A DNA stretch of 64,000 bases from Macrostomum lignano (lineage: Eukaryota): assembly GCA_002269645.1 (NCBI GenBank), contig NIVC01001391.1, positions 234,016 to 298,015 of the forward strand. Reading direction: 5' to 3'. The translations under genes and the position numbers were made by a program. Shown piece by piece: positions 39,958 through 50,500 of this stretch (the first letter of the stretch is position 1; each line of letters opens with the position of its first letter). The notes beneath the pieces are model-generated. The model had not been told where the DNA came from and searched no databases. It saw only the letters and a program-made list of their open reading frames with translations.

Positions 39958-42900
39958 CACAGACCAAGAAATATAACTAGACTGCGCATGAGGGTAAAAA
40001 AAGTTGTGCCTTTTTCCTAGTAGGAAAAGTGGCACCCCAGTGCCCACTCCCCCACGATCGATAATTGTGCCCGGGCCTTTCTTCTTACCCTCAGCCAACT
40101 CAGCTTGTCGGGGTCTCTTTTTTCTTTATGTTCGTAACTAGTGAAAATTCAGACTCAGTAAGAAATAGGATTAACAAATCAACAACTACAGATTCATTTT
40201 TAATTTATCTAGAATTTTTTGCACGCATTTAATGGCAAATATATAGTTTATCACGGGAATAAGCTTAAACAGAATGCATTGAAGCCATAACTTACCAGCC
40301 TCCATATGCGAATACGCTGATTACAAATTAAGAAAAATCGCTGTTCGAAGCAGCCTTTGCCTCTTGCCGGGTTTTCTTCCAGCGCGTGAAAGATCCTTAG
40401 CCAGCTTCTTCATTCGAATATTTATAAAAAACATAGCCATTACTCGAATCAAATGCAGCTTGTGAGACTCAATGCTGATACTCGCGGATGCCGAATGAGA
40501 GTCCAGTTCAGGGAACAGATCGATTGACATGCGCAGAATCTCCTGAACAGCTACATCACTAGAGAATCCGCTGCTGTAGCTGGCACGCCGAACAACAGTC
40601 TCTGCATTGAGCAGCACCCGCAGGACATTGCTGCTAGGAAAAATCAGGCCGCCAGTTCCTTCCTTGTTCAAAACATTTTTTATGGCAACGAGTGAGCATG
40701 GTCCGCGTGAAGCTCCTGGCGTCTCAGAGCTTGCGATCAGAGCTGACCTGCACGGAGCACATTCAACTGCTTTCATCATTCTTCGGACGACCGCGCCTGC
40801 GATATAGCACACGATGTTCTGGCAAATTTCACACACCGATGCATTCTTGCAGTGTTGGATTGAACCCAGACTCAGTCCCATTTCATTTTGAGCTTTCATC
40901 TGCTTCCATGGCTGCTGTCCTGATGATGATGGCAGACAAGACAATGATAACTGAATAGTGGCATCCTGCTGCCTCACATTCGGACTCACGGACTGTAGAA
41001 TTCCACCTCCGGCATGCACCAACAGCTGCCTGAATGCTGAGCGAAATTGCGTGGGCGTTGGGTTATGGTTCCAGCCATTTCGTAGCCTTACTGCATTAAA
41101 TAACAGTTCGAGAAAATCCTGCGAAAGCTTGTAAGTGCAAAGAAAGAAGAATTCGCCAGTCGAAAATAAATACTTAGCGAGCTCCATAATGCCATGGCAG
41201 TTGGTGATGAAGCCTAGGAAGCCAGTCTTCTTTGCGGTTTCTACTATCTTACAGCCAGCCGGAGTTTCAAGGCTACGGAGAAGTTCGATCGAGCTAGAGA
41301 AGAAATCGATCCAATCCGACTGATTGTCAGCTCTAAGCGCCATTTTGGCGCCATAACTGACCAGCCGCTTGGAATTGAAAGCGTCGAACAAATCATTCAT
41401 GTGCTCAACGAAATCTGCGGTGACTAGCACATCAGAGTGCTCAAATCCGATCACACCTTGCTGATGCACCCATCGCAAAGAGTCGGCCACTGACTTGCTA
41501 AACAGTTGTGATGCCAAATAGACCTTCATCTTTAAATTAGCAAAGTTGATGTGATGCCTGCTTAACTTGTTTCCAAGTCGGAGTCCATGACTTTCTTGTA
41601 CTTGCTGCAACATGGAAACATATTTCCATTCAATATTTCCTCTGTTCGGCCAAACAAATCTTCCCAGTGACTGCCACTGATTGCGAATCAGCTTTAACAT
41701 GTGAGGCACATCCAGGAAGGCTGCAACCTGAATGCTAGGATCGCAGGGGTGCGGGAAGCAGGCGACGACCTCGTTCGGAGAACTTATCCTGGAGCCAAGG
41801 AGTTCGATCGCTCGAATGTTGTGCTGAGTTCCATCGCATGTGAATGATGTTGCTATGACGCCAACCTGGTACAGTCGCTGAATGGATTCCTCTACAACGC
41901 TCGAAAGAAATTCGCCGTCAACTCCATTCACTAGAAAATACCCTAAAGGCAGCTTCCAATAGCTCTTAAGCCCCACTGCCATCACTACCAATGCCGAAGA
42001 CGCCTCCTGATCACTTGGTTTGCCATCACCTTTGTCAACGTAGCCAAAAAACATACCTTCGCTTGAATTCCATTCAATCATCGACTCTAGCGACATTTCA
42101 TCAGCAACAACGTTGCAGTAGTCAAAGGCTTGGCCGTCAGTGGAGCTGCGTCGCCGCGAAAGTTCCTGGAAAGCCTGATCGCAAAACCCTGGAAAGCACT
42201 TTGCATTTGAGAGCCATTTTCTGAGTGACGCAGGATGTGGAAGCTGAAAGTACTTTCGTACATACTCATAAGCCTTCGGACTATAGAAATGCAATGTAGA
42301 GGCGAATTTGCGCACTTCGTCAGAGAACCTCTTTGTCCTTTTTCTATTGCAAGGCACGATGCTGCTCAGCAGTGAATCGGAGGTCAAGAAATTCAATCGA
42401 GATGCCGCTGCTTCGTTTAACATGCACTTGGCCTTTAGATCCAGAATTGCGTCCTTCAATGTTTTGGCTCTATGTTTAATTTGCCTGTGCTTTGAGCGCA
42501 GAGATCGAATTTTTCTGTACTTGCTCTGTACCGTCCGACGCAGGATTTCAATGGCCTTAGCACTTTTCTTAGATCTCTTATGAGCAGCCAAAAGCCTTTT
42601 GTATCTGCGCCTCAGGTTTTTTAGGACTCTCACCTTTTCTTCGAATAGTTCTCTGGCCACACAGTTGGCATGCAGTTCTTGTAGGGGTTGTTCTGGTTCA
42701 TCTGCCTCCGTGTCAGTTGGCTGAGCCTTCGTCTTGCTACATTCCGGCGCTTTCAAAAATGCAGCAAAGTCAACTTCCTGAGCAGCGGCGGCGGCGGCGG
42801 TGGCTGTTTTTCGCTTCTTTTCAACAGGCTGCAGGCGGTCAGGGAGCGTCGGGAAGATAGAAGGAACAGCATTTGGATACAGCCGCCTTCTTGTGGTGGG

Positions 42901-43446
42901 CAGAAAGCCGGCTAGTTGTTCCTTGAAGCAAGACTCTGCAAAGTGGACCGAGCAGACTTGGGTGGTCGCCGATGGTTTGAACTCCTTGCGTCGGAGCGCA
43001 ACCAGCCACTTTCTCTTCATTTCAGTGTCTTTTGGAAAAAAATGGAAGGACACTGCCGGAGACATTGACGAGTTGTTCGAGCAGCCTAGAGCGCAGCAAA
43101 AGCTGCCGTGACTTTTTCTGCTAGGCAGTTTTGAAGAATTAGATTCTTCCATGGCAGTTCGATTTGGTGAGGATTGATTTAGATTAGACTGAAGCAGCTT
43201 GCTTTGTATTTCAAGTATGTGTTTTATAAGTTTATATTTTTGGCCCCAGACCACTTTAATATATAGCTACATATCAACGCAGGCGGAAAGAAAAGCAGGC
43301 CTGTACCCTAACTTCTTGCCCAAGCACAATTATCGATCGTTTTCGAGTAGGGAGAGAGGGACCATTTTTTCCACTGTCATTTGGTCAAAAACAAGCCCAA
43401 GCAAGAAATGCGGGATGCGCAGTCTAGTTATATTTCTTGGTCTGTG
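39958..43446 (-). mobile_element. Full-length P-superfamily DNA transposon, 3489 bp
   Basis: Perfect 32-bp TIRs CACAGACCAAGAAATATAACTAGACTGCGCAT (39958-39989 and 43415-43446); 8-bp TSD GTTTCACC (39950-39957 and 43447-43454); internal THAP9-like transposase. Confidence 0.97.
40321..43152 (-). CDS. THAP-domain P-element transposase (THAP9-like), 943 aa, intronless
   Basis: THAP C2CH (CCALGC...FHFFP...W...CSVHF...AVPSIF), coiled coil, YSPKAYEYVR..LPHPASLRKW, acidic motifs ADEM, TCDG, LDVPHMLK and SQDFLELLF; no internal stops. Confidence 0.95.
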   Translation of the reverse strand: MEESNSSKLPSRKSHGSFCCALGCSNNSSMSPAVSFHFFPKDTEMKRKWLVALRRKEFKPSATTQVCSVHFAESCFKEQLAGFLPTTRRRLYPNAVPSIFPTLPDRLQPVEKKRKTATAAAAAAQEVDFAAFLKAPECSKTKAQPTDTEADEPEQPLQELHANCVARELFEEKVRVLKNLRRRYKRLLAAHKRSKKSAKAIEILRRTVQSKYRKIRSLRSKHRQIKHRAKTLKDAILDLKAKCMLNEAAASRLNFLTSDSLLSSIVPCNRKRTKRFSDEVRKFASTLHFYSPKAYEYVRKYFQLPHPASLRKWLSNAKCFPGFCDQAFQELSRRRSSTDGQAFDYCNVVADEMSLESMIEWNSSEGMFFGYVDKGDGKPSDQEASSALVVMAVGLKSYWKLPLGYFLVNGVDGEFLSSVVEESIQRLYQVGVIATSFTCDGTQHNIRAIELLGSRISSPNEVVACFPHPCDPSIQVAAFLDVPHMLKLIRNQWQSLGRFVWPNRGNIEWKYVSMLQQVQESHGLRLGNKLSRHHINFANLKMKVYLASQLFSKSVADSLRWVHQQGVIGFEHSDVLVTADFVEHMNDLFDAFNSKRLVSYGAKMALRADNQSDWIDFFSSSIELLRSLETPAGCKIVETAKKTGFLGFITNCHGIMELAKYLFSTGEFFFLCTYKLSQDFLELLFNAVRLRNGWNHNPTPTQFRSAFRQLLVHAGGGILQSVSPNVRQQDATIQLSLSCLPSSSGQQPWKQMKAQNEMGLSLGSIQHCKNASVCEICQNIVCYIAGAVVRRMMKAVECAPCRSALIASSETPGASRGPCSLVAIKNVLNKEGTGGLIFPSSNVLRVLLNAETVVRRASYSSGFSSDVAVQEILRMSIDLFPELDSHSASASISIESHKLHLIRVMAMFFINIRMKKLAKDLSRAGRKPGKRQRLLRTAIFLNL

Positions 43447-44363
43447 GTTTCACCATACTCGATCTGAAACACTCGTATTTGTGTACGTTTCTCTACCGAT
43501 CGCTGCTTGCATTCGTTACCGCTTCTGATGACCCGCGCTCCGGAGCTTCGCCCCAGCGCTACCCTGCGCCGTGAGATGCTGCTGGGCCACTTCCTACGGA
43601 CCCTGGACAGCGGAGCGCCGTCCCTCTGGCCCTGGCCCTGCTGCACCGGCCGACCGAGCAATTGCGCCGCGGCCACGCCCGCACTGTCACTCTGACTGAC
43701 AGCTCATCGCAGACTTTCAGGCGCGCTTGCGCTGACCCTCAGCTGCTGCTGCTGCTGCCGGCCCTCCCGCCTGTTCTGCGAGCACGTGCGCGCAATGGGG
43801 TCGTCTCCCCTTTGCGTCCTAATACATACCGGGTATATCTATATATAATATGTGCTGTTTACCTATATATACACTGTATATCCGTATCCTTTTTTTCACC
43901 ATCTTTACCAGTTTTATATATGAAACATTATATGTGTAGCGATTTCTTCGTTAAGACACTTGTAAAGTTTTCATAAGGCAATTCATGCGCTCTGCAGCGT
44001 ATGAGTAAATAACGCCCACTGGCGAGATGGCCTACTGGCGAGTACAGCAAAGAATAATTCAATGGAAATAGGCGCTTAAGAAAAATGCTTGACTAATGTT
44101 TTAAAGGGCGGGTCTTTGTCCACTGCAGTGCTGCAGACTTAAAACAGTACAAAACAGAACGAACAATCCCAAGTTTGCACTTCAATTTGGGGGCTACATG
44201 TATAAAGAGAGTTAATTTCGAATCTCACTATGAGAAATATTTTATAATTGCACAAGCTTAAAAACGTTCAAAAGAGTAATGAACCAGGAACCAGGAACTT
44301 CTGCAACATTTAACATCCGTTCGCTATGCATACGAGCGTATATAATTGACTTATTAAAACTCT

Positions 44364-44885
44364 ATGGCACAGGTCTACGCCACAAACTTAGCCAAAATCC
44401 TAAAATCGACACTCCGAGAGAGACCTGAGAGTCAGTTTGCAGCTATAGAATATGATATGAAAAAGTCCATCACAATGAAGGAGAGACAGCGCAGCAGAGA
44501 AGAGCAAACCATCCTGGGCTTGTCCATGCTCGGAGACAACACGTCCGTGGCCTCGGACTCTTTCATTTGCGACGGCTGGAAGACCAAACTGTTCCGGCGT
44601 TGTCGTCGACTTCACAACAGCGTGATGCAGGTCAGCTTCCTGCAGAGCGCCTGGCTGGCTAACATTGCCAAGACCGTCCGGGTGTCCACCTGTCGACAGG
44701 AGCGCAGCATGTCCATCACGGAGCTGGCCTACGCTGGCGTGGTCGGCGCCAACGTAGTCTTCGACGCCGAGACGTCGGCCAGCATCGCCAACAAGCTGGA
44801 CGATGGGGGTGCCGCAGAGGACAATCGCGCTGGTGCCGATGACACTGCTAAACAGAGTTCGGACAACGCTGCTCAAAGTCAGTGA
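44364..44885 (+). CDS. Hypothetical 173-aa ORF or terminal exon of an unrecognised gene
   Basis: GC3-rich codon usage from ~44480, like the real exons in this window; AATAAA ~85 nt after the stop; no recognised family. Confidence 0.45.
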   Translation: MAQVYATNLAKILKSTLRERPESQFAAIEYDMKKSITMKERQRSREEQTILGLSMLGDNTSVASDSFICDGWKTKLFRRCRRLHNSVMQVSFLQSAWLANIAKTVRVSTCRQERSMSITELAYAGVVGANVVFDAETSASIANKLDDGGAAEDNRAGADDTAKQSSDNAAQSQ

Positions 44886-47559
44886 CGGTCTCCGTAGTCC
44901 ATTATAAACGAGCAGAAGAAATATTTTTTATAATTTTTGCTTAATAACTCTGCGATGGCTTTTATTTAAATAAAATGCAGTTCGATGTCTGGATGTCTCC
45001 TCGATATCCCCGGTTTTAAGAGTGCATACACACATTTTATTTGCTGTAATGGAAGCCGCAGCGACCACCGAAGGATCGAGGTTTTTTTTTAGAGGCAGGG
45101 GGGTTGTGTGCACCCTGGCGCACTTTAAGCGACAGGCACACAACCGGCGAGAGGCATTACTGCCCATTCTGCCGACTCCCCTGAGCAGGCATACAAGCGC
45201 GCGGATACGTTACGCAGGCACACACTCACACAGGAGTGTACAGCAGCCCTAACTTTATCAATTGTTAGGCATGTACACTTCACTGCGCCTTGGGGGGTTG
45301 GCTCTCAAGGCCGTTAATTGCACAAGCGAGCCAAGCCGAAATTCCAATTCAGCCCCAAATTAATGTGGCTGCACTTGGAATCGAGCCTGGGTCGCGGCAC
45401 ACCAGAGCAGCTGCGCTACCGCTGGGCTACGGCCCCCCAAGGATCGAGGTTTGCTCCACCTGTCACTGAAGGCTGTCTCTCGTACAGATCAAGCGTAGCC
45501 TCGAAGGCTGTTCCTGTTCACTTGACGCCACTACATGAAGACGCAAGTAACTTGGATCTTCTGCTCTAGAGATTCAAGGAAGCCGAACAGAAACTAGATT
45601 ACAAGTCCAAAAAGGAACTCCCCGCAGTCCGGACTGATCCACTCAGTTGCGGTGGGCGTCGGCCTCGCAGTTAATGGCCTACAGAGCCATCCCGGCGCGC
45701 CTTTGAGCGAATTAGCTAACCGACAAGAAGACTTGCAGCTGCAAGACAGCGCGAAGAAAATTTTGCAAATGGATGCCATTGAGAAATCAGGCCTGACAGC
45801 TTTTCATATATCGCGCCTCCTGCGTAGCTGTAGATCTGCCAGCGGCCGGGAGGGTGCAGCGCCCTTCATTCTTAGCGAACTGCCTGCCCGCACCAGCACG
45901 TGCAGCTGCGTGGGCCTCCCGCCGAGAGACAGCTGGATAGCCAGCAGAGTGCAAAGCTTTGGCAGCGCATCGAGCTGAATTACCGCCCGCTAACTACCTG
46001 CTAGCGCCAACGCAAGTTTCCCAGTCAAGATGAGTGGCGTGGCGCGGTGGCTGACCAGGCAGCACCCTGGCAAAAAAGAACTTTCCCATTGCCAATGAAA
46101 GCAAACGGACTGACCCGTACCGGCTGAACAGGCAAAGATATGGCGATTGAAAATCTGCATTGGATATGAAGTGATAGAGTGATCCACAGTGATTGCCAGT
46201 ACTGAGGGGGGCGATTCCCCAAGCTGCGCGCTGATTGGCCAGAGCTGATAACGGCAGAGCTCCTGTAGATAAACGCAGATCGTTCTGGTTGGGAAGGCAT
46301 CGGCAAAATTTTGCACCTGTCTGTTCGGCAGAAAAATTAACTAAGGAAGCGAAAGAAGCAGTTGCTCTCGTTTGTTTGCTCTTCTTAACAACGCGAAAGC
46401 TTCAAAGGTGAGTTCGCTGCTAAAGAATTTTCTGCTATTCAAACTTTTAATTTCCTTCTACAAGTGCCGTGATGCGGAAGGCGCTGCTGCTGACGCTGCC
46501 TAACAGGCGAGGACAGGCGCGCTACGTATGCAATCAAGGCTTGAAGCTATTTGAAGCAGTTGGACATAATTATAGATTCAGAAGCTTATGACCTGGTGGT
46601 GCAGCAGCAAGAAAATAGTTGCAGAGAACCTGCTCCCGTCCAGCCCACAGCCAGCCCCAGCTGCTCAGGACAAAAAATCGATTTGAACCAGAATCCCCCC
46701 TTAGCCTCACTCGTTAATGAGGCAAATTTGCCGAGCTCGCTCTTCGGATTTCCTCCAAACTTTTTTCTCCGCCAGCGAGGCGCCGCCAGGCTGCAGATCG
46801 AGTTTCATCGTCTTTCTCGCCGCGATTTCCCAGAGTGGTAGGACGAACTTTTAAGTTGGTCTGCTGACGGGCAGCTCCGAAGTCCGCTTCCGTTTCTTTT
46901 GTGTAACCGGCGCCGGCCGCCGCCTCCTTTAGCGGGTTTTTTTAAGTGGGCCGCGCCAGTTGAGGAGAGAATACTCGTGTACACGTAAAATGGTGGATGG
47001 TCATAAATTATCGAACCGAATGGACTATGGCTATTAGTGCTTTTCGACAGCTCAGGTCAAACCGGAGCCTGAACTCATGAATGGGGCCCGCCGGGAATTT
47101 AAAGTGGCAAAAATGGTGTGCCAGACAATACAGACTGGCTATACTGTGGTCAAGATGCGCATTCTGGCAGAACTATTCGGTAAGAATCAATAATAACCCG
47201 GGAGGATCTCTCGCAAAGGATGCCGGCAGCCTCATTAATCACACAGTAGCGTTGGCGAAGCCACTTGTTGCAGAGGCCGATGCAGCCGCTGCCCCAGGCA
47301 ACACAGAATTATCGCGAAGACACGCTGGAGGGGGGGGGGCTTGAGACACGTATAGTTATGAATGTATATGCAGAAATAATTCCCATCTCCAGCATTTATT
47401 GCCCCACTGCATGCCCTCTCGAGGTCGACGAGAGAGGCTTTTTGGGGGTGCGGAAACAAGGGGCTTTGATCTTCTATGAAGAGGCAGCCGCATTGGTAAT
47501 AAATTGGGCCGGCAATCCTATTGATACAACGACCATAAAAATTCTCCACAGAACCGCCC

Positions 47560-50500
47560 ATGAGCTCCAACACCAGCAACCTGAGCTGCGGCAACATCAC
47601 TGAGTACACACCCGCCATCGGAGTCCAGGAGGTGGTGCACATCAGCCTGCAGAGCCTCATCTTCTGCTTCGGCCTGGCCGGCAACCTGATTCTCCTCTCC
47701 ATTATTGTGAGCCAGAGAAACCTGCGCACCACGCCCAACCTGTTCATCAGCAACCTGGCGGTGGCCGACTGCATCTACCTGCTGCTCTTCGTGCCCTGCG
47801 ACATCGCCAGCAACTTCGGCCTGCAGCTGCCCACCGTGTTCTGCAAGACTCTGTACTTCTGCCGCATTCTCACGGTCGGGGTGTCCGTCTACACTCTGCT
47901 GGCTATGGCGATTGACAGGTGAGCCGCGCTCCCAGCAGCAATGGCGACCCCCATAGCGCTTGTTATCGATTTGAAGTTGATTTTGTGTCAGCGAGGTCTG
48001 AGCTGGGAGTATTGAGTATCGGACCTGTTTGAAGATTGAATCAGTTATGCCGAATCAGATTCAACACTTAGCTAGTCAACGCGGGAGCTGTCAATCATGA
48101 CACTGATAATCTTGACAGCCACAGACTGAGGCAAATTCAAGCCACTGCAATATCGCCAGCTTCTTCAATTCAAGGCAAGACTCAAGAAACCCGACACCAG
48201 TCTAACTCAAAGGTGTCAACAAATGACAAAGGCGGCGAAACGGGCAAATGCCCTCAAAGACTAGCGTACATGTAGAGTAGCTTTGAGAAAGCCTTTGCTT
48301 TTGAAATGTTTGGCAATCCCGGTTCCATGGCAACGGCAGCCAGTTTTGCCTAAACATCGGCAGACTAAAACATAGTCGGCACCTGTAGTGTGAGCATCGG
48401 CGAATTCCGGCTCGCGGGCCACATGCCCTCTGGTCCGGAACTTCACAATAGCAATTCGGCCCGCTCAAGGTTTGTGTCTTCTCAGCTCTCTTTTCATTTT
48501 CTCCCCTCTCATTTCTCATCTCCTCTCTCTCTCTGGCCCGCAGTCATGCGCTTAGATTCTATATCTGGCCCTTAAATTAAAGATGTTTGCCGACCTTTGT
48601 CATAGAGCGACTGTAGGCGGATGCGAAGGCCAGAATGAAAGCATGTCGAGAACCAACACTTGCCCGGTTTGAGTCCCCTTACCAGGTTTTCAGGACGCGG
48701 TCCCTCGCTCAATACGCGGATATTTTTCAATCCACTTCGACTTCCCCCTTCCTCCATTCCGTGGGACGCGGCTCCCAGGCATTGCCCAAACAGGAAAAGT
48801 CTTGCATTCCACGAGAGGCGGCGACGAGGGCGTCTTTCTGTGGAAAAAGTCCCATGCTCAGGGGCTGCACTGTTTGCTGTAGACAGCGGCGAGGCCGAGG
48901 CCGCGCGGACTTCCATGCTGCCTGCTTCAAGTGTCAGCTTATCGTGTTATAACTTATATGGGCTGCAGGCAAACACTCGAAACCCGCTGGGAGCTTTTTG
49001 CACTGGGAGATCTGGAGATCTGGAGTGCGCGGACACTCCACAGCTGATCAGCTCATCAGGAGGATAGAATTATCAAAGAAAGTAATTCCACTGCTCAAAA
49101 AAAGATAGCTCGTACAGAAGTTTATCTTCAAAATCAATACTGAGTCATTTAGCCATCCCACGGAAGGTCCAGAGGGGGGAACCGCGTCTGATTCACAGAG
49201 TGTGCACTGCCTGACAATGAGAGAAAGTCAGGGCTGCTGCAGTGTGCACCCTGTGTGAGAGCGCGTGCTCAGGGAACAGCCGCCTCGATGCTTGCACTCA
49301 GTCCCGCAGTCCCTCACTTGCAGGAGGCACTACACAGAATAACCCCCGCGACTCTGTGAAACCCTGCAAGTTGAAGAAGTAGTCTCTAGGCTGCATTAGT
49401 CAGCTGTGCTCACAAACTGTTGGCTTCATTTTAATGCAAAATCGTCTCAAAATAAATTTGTCAAACAAGATCAATTGTTGTCGGGGGCTGCCTAGTTTTC
49501 TTCTTAGCAAAGCCGGGCCAATGAGTGCACAGCAACTCGCCTCTCTGCAAGCGACAACCTTGAGTAGCAGGGAGAGGCCCACCCAGCAACTCAGGTGTCA
49601 GGCGGGCATCCGCTCAGCGCGTACAGACGCTGCACTCGCGTGGAAAACTCTGATCTTTTGAAAAACATGTTTTTTTCAAACCCATCGGTTGTAAACACGG
49701 ATGAAGGGCACGGCAGCTCAGATTGATTGATCAACAAATGCTGATTGACTCCGCCGGCTTGATTGATAAGCTTGGCGCGTGGTGACTAGAGAGTAAACAG
49801 ACTCTGCCAGATTTAGAAGTGCATTTCACCTTGACAGCAGCCCCCCCCGATGCCGGAAAATATCTGTTCCATAATCCGCGCCTCATCCGAGACTAGAGAA
49901 ATTGGAATGAAGACAGCAGAGCCGGCAGCGGGGGAAGCCCCGACGGGAGAGCGAAAATAATTGCAGTCACAAAATCCCCGCCGAGCGGAGCTGTCAGCAA
50001 CAAGACGAAAAAAAACAACAAAAAAGCAGAGACTGATGCTCAACATCTCGAGGAGCAGCTGTACTGCATCGCAGAAGGATCTGCCAATGGGATGCGGAGT
50101 CACGGATTCTGGATGGGATTGAAGTGTCTCGCAGATAACTGCAGCTATGCGGAGCTGAGACTGACGGATTCAAATTAGTCTACTCAGACAGCGTTGAGTG
50201 AGCTTTGTAATGCTAATTGGGCCATGACGGTAGAGTGGCTCTTTGTATTGCTGAGCTGCAATTGCCGAGTGAAGAGCTTTTGAATTCGGGTTAAAAGAAT
50301 TGGATTCTGAATGGATCGAAAATTTGAATGCAGCTGGCGCCAATTTGAATACAGCTGGCGCGAATTTGAATACAGCTAGCGCCAATTTGAATACAGCTGG
50401 TGCAGATTTAAATACAGCTAGCGCCAATTTGAATACAGCTGGCGCAGATTTAAATACAGCTAGCGCCAATTTGAATACAGCTGGCGCAGATTTAAATACA

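Noticed and set aside
40321-43254. Domesticated THAP9 host gene or a start at 43254
   Set aside because: Intact TIRs and TSD indicate a transposon; 43254 is a GTG, and the first ATG ahead of the THAP domain is 43152.
45990-46316. SAGTGQS as a degenerate Walker A (Helitron/PIF1 remnant)
   Set aside because: The catalytic Lys is missing and no other helicase or Rep motifs are nearby.
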